64,000 nucleotides of DNA from IMG/VR virus record IMGVR_UViG_3300032053_000036, positions 1 to 64,000 of that record; one strand, 5' to 3'. Both the position numbers and the translations under genes were made by a program. How positions within the stretch are numbered: the first letter of the stretch is position 1; every line of letters begins with the position of its first letter. Source of the DNA: a virus. Its lineage: Duplodnaviria; Heunggongvirae; Uroviricota; Caudoviricetes; Crassvirales. The notes below the pieces were generated by a model. That model was not told the DNA's origin, searched no databases, and saw only the letters and a list, made by a program, of their open reading frames with translations. Below, in pieces: positions 7,931 through 17,417 of the stretch.

Positions 7931-8151
7931 CTTTTTGAATGTTTTAGTGAAAAAATGATTAAAAATGTAGCGTGGTGGGGGATTACCCCAACACCCTTTG
8001 CGTAGGCTGGGGTGCCAATATGGAGTAGTCTCTTCTCCTATAGATATAGTATGCCTACCATTTTAGAAAAAATTTTATTTTTTTGTAACAAGAATATTCC
8101 TGACCTTTGAAGGGTGGAGGGTGGGAATAGATCTTCCTTAATACATAAACG

Positions 8152-8403
8152 ATGATTATACCTTTATTGCTTATTACGTTAATCACTTTTATAGCCTATC
8201 CTATTATATTTGGATTAAGGGATGCTATGTTTGTTGATTTTATATTAGAGGTGAAAATCCTATCTAGTCAGTATTATACATTTGGTATGTGGTTTATACA
8301 GCATGATGTAGAAGATCCTGAATATATAGAGCAGGAATTTACAATTGCTCTGTTTTTATTCTCTATGTCCCTAGTGTTTTATAAGCATAAAGACGATGCA
8401 TAA
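8152..8403 (+). CDS. Small membrane protein (83 aa).
   Basis: Hydrophobic N-terminus IIPLLLITLITFIAYPIIFGL. It is the first gene of the rightward array. Confidence 0.4.
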   Translation: MIIPLLLITLITFIAYPIIFGLRDAMFVDFILEVKILSSQYYTFGMWFIQHDVEDPEYIEQEFTIALFLFSMSLVFYKHKDDA

Positions 8404-8456
8404 TATAGCTATGTAGAAAACAATTGTATTTGGAAGTATAACAAGTTTGATTATAT

Positions 8457-8825
8457 TTGTATAAACTAAATATGGAACCAACAAAAGGAATATTACAGAA
8501 GCTCAGAAGGAAGGAAGACAATGATCTCCTAATAGCAGAGAAATATTACACCATCCTTTCAGCTGTTAACAATCTCCATTTGACAAATAGAGAGATACAG
8601 CTTATAGCGTTTACAGCTGTTAAGGGGAACATTTCTTATTCTAATATTAGGCAGGAGTTTTGTGACATTTACAAGACAACAAGTCCAACGATTAATAATA
8701 TAATCAGTAAGCTTAAGAAGATTAAAGTGCTAGTGAAGGATGGGACAAAAGTGAAGGTGAATAATATGATTGTTCTGGATTTTGCAAAGGACATAACATT
8801 AGAAATTAAGCTGACGCATGGATAA
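8457..8825 (+). CDS. Hypothetical protein (122 aa), possibly DNA-binding.
   Basis: Intact ORF. Basic, with a helix-rich composition. Confidence 0.4.
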   Translation: MYKLNMEPTKGILQKLRRKEDNDLLIAEKYYTILSAVNNLHLTNREIQLIAFTAVKGNISYSNIRQEFCDIYKTTSPTINNIISKLKKIKVLVKDGTKVKVNNMIVLDFAKDITLEIKLTHG

Positions 8826-9231
8826 GCCCATTTCACTATCTATGAAGGAATATCTTGTCAGGACACAAGCTGTCAAGATGATGATTTCTGAAAAAACAAT
8901 TGAGGCTGTAATAAACCACCAGTTTAATACAGCAAATGAGGCGTTGAAGACAAATAATAGTGTAGAAATCTCAGGATTTGGAAAGTTTACGTTCAACTAC
9001 AAGAAGGCCCTGAAGAAGATGGAGAAGATGTTGTCTCAACAGCAGCTCTTTCAAAGTAGGATAGATAATCCTGCATTGTCAGAACAGAGAAGAGCAACAG
9101 AAACAGTGAAACTAAATAATGTCATTCATAATATAAACATTTTAAAACCAAAGCTTTATGAATTTCAAACAAATCCTGGAGGGCTGGAGGAACAACACCC
9201 TGCCACCAACGCATCTGAAGGAACTGATTAG
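8818..9231 (+). CDS. HU/IHF-like histone-like DNA-binding protein (137 aa).
   Basis: MKEYLVRTQAVKMMISEKTIEAVINHQFNTANEALKTNNSVEISGFGKFTFNYKK aligns position by position with the HU N-terminal helices and the GFGxF beta-strand (E. coli HU: ...[20 protein letters not shown]). The arm region is degenerate. Confidence 0.45.
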   Translation: MDKPISLSMKEYLVRTQAVKMMISEKTIEAVINHQFNTANEALKTNNSVEISGFGKFTFNYKKALKKMEKMLSQQQLFQSRIDNPALSEQRRATETVKLNNVIHNINILKPKLYEFQTNPGGLEEQHPATNASEGTD

Positions 9232-9460
9232 TGAAACAGCTAAGAAAAGAATAAATATATGTTTAGACTGTGCATACCATTCTAAATATCATAAGACATT
9301 ACGACCTGATGCACATTGTACAAACTGTGGATGTACATTAGCAGCCAAAACTAAATGTCTTTCCTGTGAATGTCCAATAGATAAATGGACAGCTGTACTA
9401 ACAGATGATCAAGAGGAACAACTTAAAAACATGATCAATGGAGAACAACAATCAAATTAG
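9158..9460 (+). CDS. Cys-rich zinc-binding protein. The start is probably downstream of the annotated one because of the overlap with the HU-like gene.
   Basis: CLDC...HCTNCGC...CLSCEC gives three CxxC-type pairs. Confidence 0.3.
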   Translation: MNFKQILEGWRNNTLPPTHLKELISETAKKRINICLDCAYHSKYHKTLRPDAHCTNCGCTLAAKTKCLSCECPIDKWTAVLTDDQEEQLKNMINGEQQSN

Positions 9461-9734
9461 GCTGCACAAGATTCCTCTAGAAACATTCCTGGATGCTCTA
9501 TTAGAATTGTACAATGAAGGACTTGATTATATAGATATTGTAGCCACTCCTGACAAGGAACAGGATACAATAGGAATTATGTTCACACAGGATTATATGT
9601 CCAAAGAAATGAGAGACAAGTATGGTGATATTGTAGATGAAATAGCTGATGAGCTAATTAATAATATTGAAAAAGAAGAGAAGTCTAAAAAGATTGACCT
9701 CTCAAATAATGACGATTTAAACCAAATAATATGA
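9438..9734 (+). CDS. Acidic hypothetical protein (98 aa).
   Basis: Intact ORF. Confidence 0.4.
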   Translation: MENNNQIRLHKIPLETFLDALLELYNEGLDYIDIVATPDKEQDTIGIMFTQDYMSKEMRDKYGDIVDEIADELINNIEKEEKSKKIDLSNNDDLNQII

Positions 9735-9910
9735 ACCCAATACACGAAGCATGGATTGTAATTGAGAAGCTAGGAGCATTATGTGCAACACCAGGCATCT
9801 CAGAAGAAACGCAAAAGATTGCAAATGATAACATTCAAAAGCTGTTGAAGAGTGTTGTTGAACCAAGTTTAACAAAGTTGACAGCTACAAGTGCAGGAAT
9901 ATTAATATGA
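9731..9910 (+). CDS. Small ORF (59 aa), missed by the 60-aa cutoff.
   Basis: Manual translation gives MNPIHEAWIVIEKLGALCATPGISEETQKIANDNIQKLLKSVVEPSLTKLTATSAGILI. Its stop overlaps the next start (ATGA). Confidence 0.4.
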   Translation: MNPIHEAWIVIEKLGALCATPGISEETQKIANDNIQKLLKSVVEPSLTKLTATSAGILI

Positions 9911-10188
9911 GACGAGCAAGTGCATATAATCAAATCCTAGGAGTTCTTCATGAGCTACAGAAAGAATATCCTCAGTATAACATAGGGAGACATTTGGCCA
10001 CAGCACTAGATGTGTATGGAGATGTGTGGGGAGTTCCTGATACAGAAATCCTATTTGCTTTGTTTAAATACAGATCACAATTAGGAATGGACTTCAAACA
10101 CTCTGAAGTGTATGATATTGAAAGGATTATAGAAGATGGGATAGATCTTGATAACATATTAAAAGAAGAAGATAATGGCAACAGTTAA
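9907..10188 (+). CDS. Hypothetical protein (93 aa).
   Basis: Intact ORF. Confidence 0.4.
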   Translation: MRRASAYNQILGVLHELQKEYPQYNIGRHLATALDVYGDVWGVPDTEILFALFKYRSQLGMDFKHSEVYDIERIIEDGIDLDNILKEEDNGNS

Positions 10189-10552
10189 AAAACAAATGAT
10201 TAAACGTAAGGATGGTTCTACATCTCAACGTGGATTGTGGGATAACATAAGAGCTAATGCAGGCTCTGGTAAAAAGCCTACACCTGAAATGCTTAAGCAG
10301 GAAAAGAAAATAAAGCAAGCTAAAACAGGAGCATGGCAGAGAAAGGAAGGAAAGAGTCCTTCTGGTGGTCTCAATGCTAAGGGTAGAGCATCATTAAAAG
10401 CTGAGGGGCATAATATCAAACCTCCTCAGCCAGAAGGTGGTCCTAGGAAAAAGTCATTCTGTGCTAGGATGGGTGGAGTAAAAGGACCTATGAAAAAACC
10501 TGATGGATCACCAACAAGAAAAGCTTTAGCTTTAAGAAAATGGAAATGTTAA
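10175..10552 (+). CDS. Very basic Lys/Arg/Gly/Pro-rich protein (125 aa); nucleic-acid-binding or internal virion protein.
   Basis: Composition KRKDGSTSQRG...GKKPT...KKIKQAK...RKKSF. Confidence 0.45.
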   Translation: MATVKKQMIKRKDGSTSQRGLWDNIRANAGSGKKPTPEMLKQEKKIKQAKTGAWQRKEGKSPSGGLNAKGRASLKAEGHNIKPPQPEGGPRKKSFCARMGGVKGPMKKPDGSPTRKALALRKWKC

Positions 10553-10553
10553 T

Positions 10554-10886
10554 ATGGCAGCAGTAAAAAAAACTACATACATCAACACAGAGCTCGAATG
10601 GGCTGAGACACAACTCAAATCATGGAAGCAATATGTTGATGCCAATCCACTTCACGAACTGAAGGATAGGATTGAATGGAAACCTACATCTAAAGGAGGA
10701 CTACTTCCTATGGTGATAGCCTCTATAGAAGCTCAAGGTAAGTTTGTCCAAGAGACAATGAAGAACTATCTTGCACTGGTAGAAGTGGTGGACAAGCTGA
10801 GAAGCTTAGAAGAAGCAAAAGTTGAGGTGAGAGGGAAGGGAGATCTTTCAGGAATAGCTGAAGACTTCCTTAAAAACAGAAGATAA
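10554..10886 (+). CDS. Hypothetical protein directly upstream of TerL (110 aa). A small terminase subunit is possible but not supported by any motif.
   Basis: Position only. It shares the N-terminal MA(A/T)VKK with the preceding gene. Confidence 0.3.
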   Translation: MAAVKKTTYINTELEWAETQLKSWKQYVDANPLHELKDRIEWKPTSKGGLLPMVIASIEAQGKFVQETMKNYLALVEVVDKLRSLEEAKVEVRGKGDLSGIAEDFLKNRR

Positions 10887-12907
10887 TGAAACTACAAAGC
10901 ATAGATTACAAAGATTGGTTTATGAACCAGAAAAGACTTCCTGATAAGGGGTCTTCTGAATATAAATCATTCTTTGATTTTCATAAGGAGCTTTGTTTAA
11001 ATGGAGCTATGATGGGGGATGTTTACATCAACCCATTTTTGTATTGGCACTTAAACATCTGGCATACAGAGGTGGATATAATAGATGACTATGGAAGAAT
11101 AAACCAGAAATATGCCAATCCTCTTCTTAGGGACAATGAGTGGTTGGTGAGTAATGAGATAGATAGAGCTCAAAAAGACAAGAAAGGTTTAGTCATACTT
11201 GGTATACGAAGGTTTGCTAAGTCTGTTTTGGAAGCAAGTTATATAGGCTGGGGAGCAACATTTGATGAGAACTCTCAGAACATTATTGCAGGACTGAATG
11301 CTCCAGATATAAAGTTGATTACAGATAAGCTTGACAAAGGCTTAAACTTTCTTCCTGAGTATTGGAGATGGCAGAGAATTGAGGACAACTGGAAGAATCA
11401 GGTGACATTAGGTATAAAGACAAAGGCAGGAGAAAGAATACCATTCTCACAAATCCTCATCAGGAACTTAGATGAAGGTAATAATGAAGAAGCTATTGCA
11501 GGTACAAAACCTCGTAAGCTAATTATAGATGAGATTGGTAAAGGAAGTTTCTTAAGAGGTTTCCAAGCAGCTGTGCCTGGTTTCACTACACCATTTGGTT
11601 GGGGTTGTTCTCCAATCTTGACAGGAACAGGTGGTGATATGAAACGATTCATGGATGCCAAGAGTCTTATGTTTGACGTGGACAACTTTAACTTCCTTAC
11701 ATATAACAATGAAAAGGATGAGAGAAGAATCCATGGCTTATTCATTTCTCATAAGTATAGAATGGAGGCAAAGGAAGATTCTACATTAGGAGCTTTCTTA
11801 AATCAGCCTATAGGTTCAGACTTGTACAACGTAAAAATGCTTGTGTCTAATGAGGAGAAAGCTAAGCTGATAACAGATACAAACCTTGATAGATTAAAAA
11901 AGGCTGGAGACAGGATTGCATATTTGAAAGAGAAGATGTACTATCCTCAGGAAGTGGATGATATATTCCTGAATGAAGACACAAACATCTTTGATATTGA
12001 GGCTGCCAAGAGACAGAAGACAAGACTATTGAATCAGGAGAGAACAGGAATACCTGTAGTGTTATTTAATGATGGAGAGAAGATTTGCCATGAGTTTACA
12101 GATAAGCAACCCATATCAAACTTCCCCCTTAAGAATAGCGATCTGAAGGATGCTCCAGTTGTTATATATGAATTCCCTGTAGAAAATCCTCCATATGGAT
12201 TGTATGTAGCAGGAGTCGATCCCTACAGACAAGGAAAGTCTGAATACAGTTCTTCTTTAGGAGCTGTATACATATATAAGAGAATGCATGAGCTGACAGG
12301 CGAGAAGTATCAAGATATGTTTGTAGCCAGTTACTGTGCAAGACCTGATAAGAAGGAAGTGTGGGAAGAACAAGCACGTCTACTCATAAAGTATTTTAAT
12401 GCTAGAACACTTTGTGAGAATGATGATATCTCCTTCATAGAATATATGAAAAGCAAGGGAGATGCTCACTACCTAGAAAAACAACCTGGATGGTTATTGG
12501 AAGTGGTTCCAAATACTACTGTCAAACGTGAGTATGGCGTGCATCGTTCTTCAGATAAGATTAGAGACTATCTGCATAACTGTCTTAAGAAGTATCTAGA
12601 GGAAGTGGTATATAAAGAAACAAATGAGGATGGGGATACAATACGAGAGCTAACAGGTGTCACTAAAATATTTGATCCTGTTTTGCTTGAGGAGATTATA
12701 CAGTATAATGATGTAAGTAACTTTGATAGAATCATTGCAGCAGAACTAGCTATTGCACAGGCACTCAAGATGGACCCTATAATGGGAAAGGTGGGAGGTT
12801 CAGGTGATGAAAGAGTGAAGGCTATGTTCTCATCACAAAAGAAAAACACATTGTTCTCTGAATCAAGAGGACTATTTAATAGTAAAAAACGTAAACTGTT
12901 TACATAA
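10886..12907 (+). CDS. terL: Terminase large subunit (673 aa).
   Basis: Walker-A-like GIRRFAKS, Walker-B-like KLIIDEIGK, and a C-terminal RNaseH-fold nuclease signature YVAGVDPYRQGKSEYSSSLGAVYIY. It lies immediately upstream of the portal gene. Confidence 0.75.
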   Translation: MKLQSIDYKDWFMNQKRLPDKGSSEYKSFFDFHKELCLNGAMMGDVYINPFLYWHLNIWHTEVDIIDDYGRINQKYANPLLRDNEWLVSNEIDRAQKDKKGLVILGIRRFAKSVLEASYIGWGATFDENSQNIIAGLNAPDIKLITDKLDKGLNFLPEYWRWQRIEDNWKNQVTLGIKTKAGERIPFSQILIRNLDEGNNEEAIAGTKPRKLIIDEIGKGSFLRGFQAAVPGFTTPFGWGCSPILTGTGGDMKRFMDAKSLMFDVDNFNFLTYNNEKDERRIHGLFISHKYRMEAKEDSTLGAFLNQPIGSDLYNVKMLVSNEEKAKLITDTNLDRLKKAGDRIAYLKEKMYYPQEVDDIFLNEDTNIFDIEAAKRQKTRLLNQERTGIPVVLFNDGEKICHEFTDKQPISNFPLKNSDLKDAPVVIYEFPVENPPYGLYVAGVDPYRQGKSEYSSSLGAVYIYKRMHELTGEKYQDMFVASYCARPDKKEVWEEQARLLIKYFNARTLCENDDISFIEYMKSKGDAHYLEKQPGWLLEVVPNTTVKREYGVHRSSDKIRDYLHNCLKKYLEEVVYKETNEDGDTIRELTGVTKIFDPVLLEEIIQYNDVSNFDRIIAAELAIAQALKMDPIMGKVGGSGDERVKAMFSSQKKNTLFSESRGLFNSKKRKLFT

Positions 12908-15501
12908 TGGCAATTATAAGGTATACAAAAGATGCTACTATACGCTATGCGTATCTAAACATATTTCCTGATCAGTTCAAAACTGATAAAGAGAAACAAG
13001 ATGAAAGCTGGGTGAAGAATACAATGGACTACTTTGCAAATAAGGCTTATGCTGAGTATGTAAAGAATAGAGATACATTTGTTAAGAACTATGACTTGGT
13101 AAAGGGTATTCTAAGAATGGAAGACTTCTATCAGGAACCACAAGTGAAGAGCTTCACTGATATGCTCACTACAGATCTTCAGCTTCCTGCGTATGTGAAG
13201 CACTATTCAATCATCACCACACCAATCAATGAACTTGTAGGAGAGATATCAAAACGTCCTGATGCATTTAGAGTGAAGGCTTTTGATGAAGATAGTCAGG
13301 CTGAAGAGCTACAATTCAAGACAGAATTATTGCAACAGTTTGTAATAGGAACTGCAAAACAGAAACTATTAGAAAAAGCTGCAATGAGTGGTCAGGAATT
13401 AGGAGAAGAAGAAATGGAACAAATTGAACAGATGTCAATGGATCAGGTGAAAGATCAACTTGATACATACACATCTGTAGCTGAGAAATGGGCCAACCAC
13501 ATCTTAACTTGTCAAAAGGCAGAATTTAATTTAAAAGAAAAAAGTGAAGATGCTTTCAGAGATATGCTTATTTCTGCAAGAGAATTCTATCATATATATG
13601 AAGACAATAGCAAACTTGGGTTTAACATTGAGGTGGCGAATCCTAAGAACACATGGTTCCTTACCACTCCTGATAGAAAATATATCTCTGATCCCACAGG
13701 AAGAGCTCAGGGGGCTTACGCAGCTGGTACAGTTCAAGTCATGGAGCTTTCTGAAATTATTGAGTCAATTCCTGACCTAACAAAAGATGAGATTGACCAC
13801 TTACGTTCATCTCTCCAGGATTATGGTTTGATCAATGTTAGAGAATCAAACCTTGGTAATCCTAATGCAATCCCTGGTCAAGACTCAGTACAATATGATA
13901 CATTTGATCCATTAGTCCTTCAGACAAGAATGATTATTGAATCTGAAATGAAGAACAATGATGATGGGTTACAAGATTTCTTAGGACTTACATCTAATGT
14001 ATCTTCATTTGGATATAAGTATGTAGTGGTTAGAGCTTATTGGATTTCTAAGAAGAAGATTGGTAAGCTAATCTATATAGATGAAATGGACAATGAGCAA
14101 TCTATGCTTGTTGATGAAACATACAAGAGTGGAGCTATACCTACACAACAATCTTTAGATTGGGGATGGGTAAATCAATGGTATCAAGGAATTAAGATTG
14201 GTCCAGACATCTATCACATTAAGCCATACAAACTACTCAACTATTGTCCAATCATAGGACTTACGCATGAGATTAAGAATACAGAAGCAAGATCTTTGGT
14301 AGACTTAATGAAACCTTTCCAGGTGTTATATAATGTTTGTATGAATCAGCTTTACAAACTTCTTGAGAAAGAGGTTGGTAAGGTTTATCTTACATCTATC
14401 AGACACATTCCTATTCCTAAGGATGGTGATGCTCAAGATGCTCTTGACATATGGGAAATGGAAGCACGTAACAGAGGGGTGATGTTTATAGATGATTCTC
14501 CAGAGAATCTAAAATCTCCATCTAGCTTCAATCAGTTTAGAGATATTGATCTTACACGTACGCAGGAGATACAGTCTAGATATAATCTAGCAATGCAGTT
14601 GAAGAATGAGTGTTGGGAACTTATAGGTATGTCAAGACAAAGAATGGGATCTATATCAGCAAGTGAATCTGCAACAGGTACAAATACAGCTATACAACAA
14701 TCTTATTCTCAGACAGAACCTATATTTGTAGCACATGAGTATGTAATGGGTCAGTTGTATCAAGCAATTATAGATGCTGCTTTATATGTAGAAGCTAAAA
14801 AGCCACAGTCAACCCTTTCATACATTACATCTGAAGGAGAATCTGCCTTTGTTCAAGTGAATGGCGCAGATCTCAGATTTAGAGATCTTAAAGTGTTCTT
14901 AACTAACAGACCAGAAGACAAACAAATGTTCCAAGAGATCAGAGCACTTTCTCAGGCTGTTCTACAAAATGGTGGTTCGTTACATGATGTGATTGAGTTG
15001 TATTCTACAAACTCTATGAGAGAAATGAAGAAGGTGTTTAAGACTCTTAAAGAAAGACAAGAGTCTATGCAAGATCAGCAGATGCAACAGCAACAACAAC
15101 AAATGGAACAACAGCAACAACAAGCTCAGGCTCAGTTGCAACAAACAGCTCAAATGGCTCAAGAGAAACAAGCTAATGATGATTATCAAAAAGAACTCGA
15201 TAGATTGTCTAAAGAGAAAATTGCTATCATTCAAGCTACAGGATATGGTAATGTTCCAGGAGAAGATGTTGATAAGAATGCAATTCCTGATGTTCTAGAG
15301 ATGAGCAAACTCACTCATGACCAAGAGAAAGCTGCTAAAGATTACCAAGTAAAACTTGCTGAGATTAATTCTAAAAACAAACAAGCTTCAGATAAGATGG
15401 CTATTGAGAGAGAGAAGCTTCAAGTGGCTAGAGAGAATCAAGCTAATGACTTAGCTGTAGCTAAAGAGAATGCTAAAGGTAGAGCTAAAAAATCTAAATA
15501 A
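12907..15501 (+). CDS. Portal protein (864 aa) with a C-terminal poly-Gln coiled coil.
   Basis: Size and position between TerL and the scaffold/MCP genes. C-terminal QDQQMQQQQQQMEQQQQQAQAQLQQ plus a basic tail. Confidence 0.55.
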   Translation: MAIIRYTKDATIRYAYLNIFPDQFKTDKEKQDESWVKNTMDYFANKAYAEYVKNRDTFVKNYDLVKGILRMEDFYQEPQVKSFTDMLTTDLQLPAYVKHYSIITTPINELVGEISKRPDAFRVKAFDEDSQAEELQFKTELLQQFVIGTAKQKLLEKAAMSGQELGEEEMEQIEQMSMDQVKDQLDTYTSVAEKWANHILTCQKAEFNLKEKSEDAFRDMLISAREFYHIYEDNSKLGFNIEVANPKNTWFLTTPDRKYISDPTGRAQGAYAAGTVQVMELSEIIESIPDLTKDEIDHLRSSLQDYGLINVRESNLGNPNAIPGQDSVQYDTFDPLVLQTRMIIESEMKNNDDGLQDFLGLTSNVSSFGYKYVVVRAYWISKKKIGKLIYIDEMDNEQSMLVDETYKSGAIPTQQSLDWGWVNQWYQGIKIGPDIYHIKPYKLLNYCPIIGLTHEIKNTEARSLVDLMKPFQVLYNVCMNQLYKLLEKEVGKVYLTSIRHIPIPKDGDAQDALDIWEMEARNRGVMFIDDSPENLKSPSSFNQFRDIDLTRTQEIQSRYNLAMQLKNECWELIGMSRQRMGSISASESATGTNTAIQQSYSQTEPIFVAHEYVMGQLYQAIIDAALYVEAKKPQSTLSYITSEGESAFVQVNGADLRFRDLKVFLTNRPEDKQMFQEIRALSQAVLQNGGSLHDVIELYSTNSMREMKKVFKTLKERQESMQDQQMQQQQQQMEQQQQQAQAQLQQTAQMAQEKQANDDYQKELDRLSKEKIAIIQATGYGNVPGEDVDKNAIPDVLEMSKLTHDQEKAAKDYQVKLAEINSKNKQASDKMAIEREKLQVARENQANDLAVAKENAKGRAKKSK

Positions 15502-16031
15502 TGTTTGATAAACTGATAGATCTTATTGTACAATGGATTTCAGACATCCTTCCTATAGTGATTATTCCATCATATGAGGAGGGTGTTCGTCTTAGTTTTG
15601 GTAAATATAAAAGAACTCTTCAGCCAGGACTACATTTTAAGATTCCATTTGTTGATGAAATCCTTCACCAGCACGTAGTGGTAACAACACTCAGTCTTCC
15701 AGCACAATCATTATACACTTTAGATAAACAAAACTTTGTAGTGAAGGGTGTTGTAAAATATAAGATAGCTGATGTAAAAACATTTCTTCTAGAAGTATAT
15801 GATGCTAAAGATGCATTATCAGATATGACTATGAGTATAATAAAAAACATAGTTATATCTATTCCTGCAGAGAGATGTATAGATCCTGAATTAGATGCAC
15901 TTCTTACTAAGAAGGCAAGAGTGGAAGCTAAGAAATGGGGAGTTGATATACAACAAGTTACCCTAACAGATGTAGCACCTATTAGAAGCTTTAGACTGAT
16001 AAATGATGTGGCTGCAAACAAAATCGATTAG
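15501..16031 (+). CDS. SPFH/band-7 (stomatin/HflC/prohibitin-like) domain protein (176 aa).
   Basis: EEGVRLSFGKYKRTLQPGLHFKIPFVDEI, NFVVKGVVKYKIADVKTFLLEV, MSIIKNIV and a C-terminal KKWGVDIQQVTLTDV follow the SPFH consensus (GxxxRFGK..L.PGLHF.iPfiD.v ... wGi.v..V.i.D). Confidence 0.65.
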   Translation: MFDKLIDLIVQWISDILPIVIIPSYEEGVRLSFGKYKRTLQPGLHFKIPFVDEILHQHVVVTTLSLPAQSLYTLDKQNFVVKGVVKYKIADVKTFLLEVYDAKDALSDMTMSIIKNIVISIPAERCIDPELDALLTKKARVEAKKWGVDIQQVTLTDVAPIRSFRLINDVAANKID

Positions 16032-16089
16032 AGTAAAAAACATTAATGCTATATTATCGTGCAAATTCATACATAAAATGTTCTAACTC

Positions 16090-16120
16090 TTTGATATTAA
16101 ATAGCTAAAATCTAGATTTA
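16090..16120 (+). promoter_or_regulatory. Candidate Bacteroidota-type promoter TTTG-N19-TAGATTTA upstream of the scaffold/MCP genes.
   Basis: TTTG at 16090-16093 and TAGATTTA at 16113-16120, in a 118-nt non-coding gap. The last base is A, not the consensus G. Confidence 0.3.
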
Positions 16121-16149
16121 CAATAACAAACCAATAAAAACAACTACAT

Positions 16150-17388
16150 ATGGCAGAGAACTTAGATAACAACTTTGGCAATTTCAGTATTGAAAACACC
16201 ATGGACATGGGAATGGGAAGTGCTGAATTATTAAATGATCTTATTGCTCCAGAAACTTCAACAGGAAGTCCTGATGAGATTAAAGAGATTAAAGATGAAC
16301 CAAAGCAAGAAGCTCCTAAAACAGAACCTAAGAAGGAAGAACCTAAAGAAGATCCTTCAAAGAGTATTCAAGACTTTTTACTAGGTGGGGATGATGATGA
16401 AGAAACAGAGGAAGAAGAACCACCAGCTCCTGTAAAAAAGGCTGCTCCTGCAGAAGGTGCTAAAGAAGAACCAGTTGCTGAAGGAGAGGAAGAACAAGAA
16501 GTAAGTAGATTTGAAGCATTAGCAAATGATCTTTTTAAACTTGGTGTTTTTTCAAAAGATGAAGATGAAGATGATTCTCCAATATCTACTCCTGAGGAAT
16601 TCCTTGAAAGATTTGAAGCAGAGAAAAGAAAAGGTGCTATTGAAACAGTGAACAACTTCATTGGTCAATTTGGAGATGATTATCAAAAAGCTTTTGATGC
16701 CATATTTGTAAAAGGAGTTAATCCTAAAGAATACTTTGGTGCATATGAGTCTGTTGCAAACTTTGCAGAAATGGACTTAGCTGATGAAGCAAACCAAGTA
16801 AGAATAATTAAACAAGCATTAGCTGATCAAGGGTTTGAGGCTGATGATGTAAATAGTGAGGTTGAGAGGTTAAAAAATTATGGAGATTTAGAAAGCGTTG
16901 CTACAAAACATCACAAGGTGCTAGTAAAGAAAGAAGCTGCTAAGTTGCAACAGATGGAACAGAATGCTCAATATGAGCTTCAACAAAAACAAGCAGTTAA
17001 ACAACAGTATTTCACCAACGTACAGTCTGTTCTTCAGGAAAAACTAAAAACTAAGGAATTTGATGGTATTCCATTAAATCCCAAATTAGTAAACGAACTA
17101 CAAGATTTTCTGCTAGTAGACAAGTATAAGACCAATTCTGGAGAGACACTTACAGACTTTGATCGTACAATACTTGAACTAAAAAGACCTGAGAACCATG
17201 CTATGAAGGTTAAAGTTGGATTGCTTTTAAAGATTTTAGAAAAAGATCCATCATTATCAACAATTCAAAAGTCAGGTGTTTCAAAGAAGTCCAATGAGCT
17301 TTTCAGCGAAGTGGCTAGACAGGTTAGTAAAGGTGGAAAATCATCAAGTGGTGGTAGTGCTCAAAAAGCAAATTCTTGGTTCTTATAA
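16150..17388 (+). CDS. Acidic coiled-coil scaffold-like protein (412 aa).
   Basis: Low-complexity acidic N-terminus (KEEPKEDP, DDDEETEEEE) and position just upstream of the MCP. Confidence 0.45.
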   Translation: MAENLDNNFGNFSIENTMDMGMGSAELLNDLIAPETSTGSPDEIKEIKDEPKQEAPKTEPKKEEPKEDPSKSIQDFLLGGDDDEETEEEEPPAPVKKAAPAEGAKEEPVAEGEEEQEVSRFEALANDLFKLGVFSKDEDEDDSPISTPEEFLERFEAEKRKGAIETVNNFIGQFGDDYQKAFDAIFVKGVNPKEYFGAYESVANFAEMDLADEANQVRIIKQALADQGFEADDVNSEVERLKNYGDLESVATKHHKVLVKKEAAKLQQMEQNAQYELQQKQAVKQQYFTNVQSVLQEKLKTKEFDGIPLNPKLVNELQDFLLVDKYKTNSGETLTDFDRTILELKRPENHAMKVKVGLLLKILEKDPSLSTIQKSGVSKKSNELFSEVARQVSKGGKSSSGGSAQKANSWFL

Positions 17389-17417
17389 ACATTTGTAATA
17401 ATTAAACAACAATTAAA

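Larger units (their letters stand above)
7398..8129. repeat. 11-bp inverted repeat TATTCCCACCC at 7398-7408 and 8119-8129, with extra CCCACCC copies at 7430-7436 and 8112-8117, bracketing the 7493..7930 gene and the divergent intergenic region.
   Basis: Exact reverse-complement match, read directly from the sequence. Confidence 0.5.

Noticed and set aside
7940-8130. Possible tRNA or small RNA in the GC-rich divergent intergenic region.
   Set aside because: I could not fold a cloverleaf. There is no GTTCRA T-loop or D-loop consensus, only a simple 5-bp GC hairpin.
11398-11745. Minus-strand ORFs inside the terminase gene (also 11552..11734, 12162..12377, 12568..12849).
   Set aside because: They lie fully within a well-supported plus-strand CDS, antisense, with Ser/Leu-rich low-complexity translations.
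14980-15234. Minus-strand 84-aa Leu-rich ORF.
   Set aside because: It is the antisense of the portal poly-Gln (CAG/CAA) tract.
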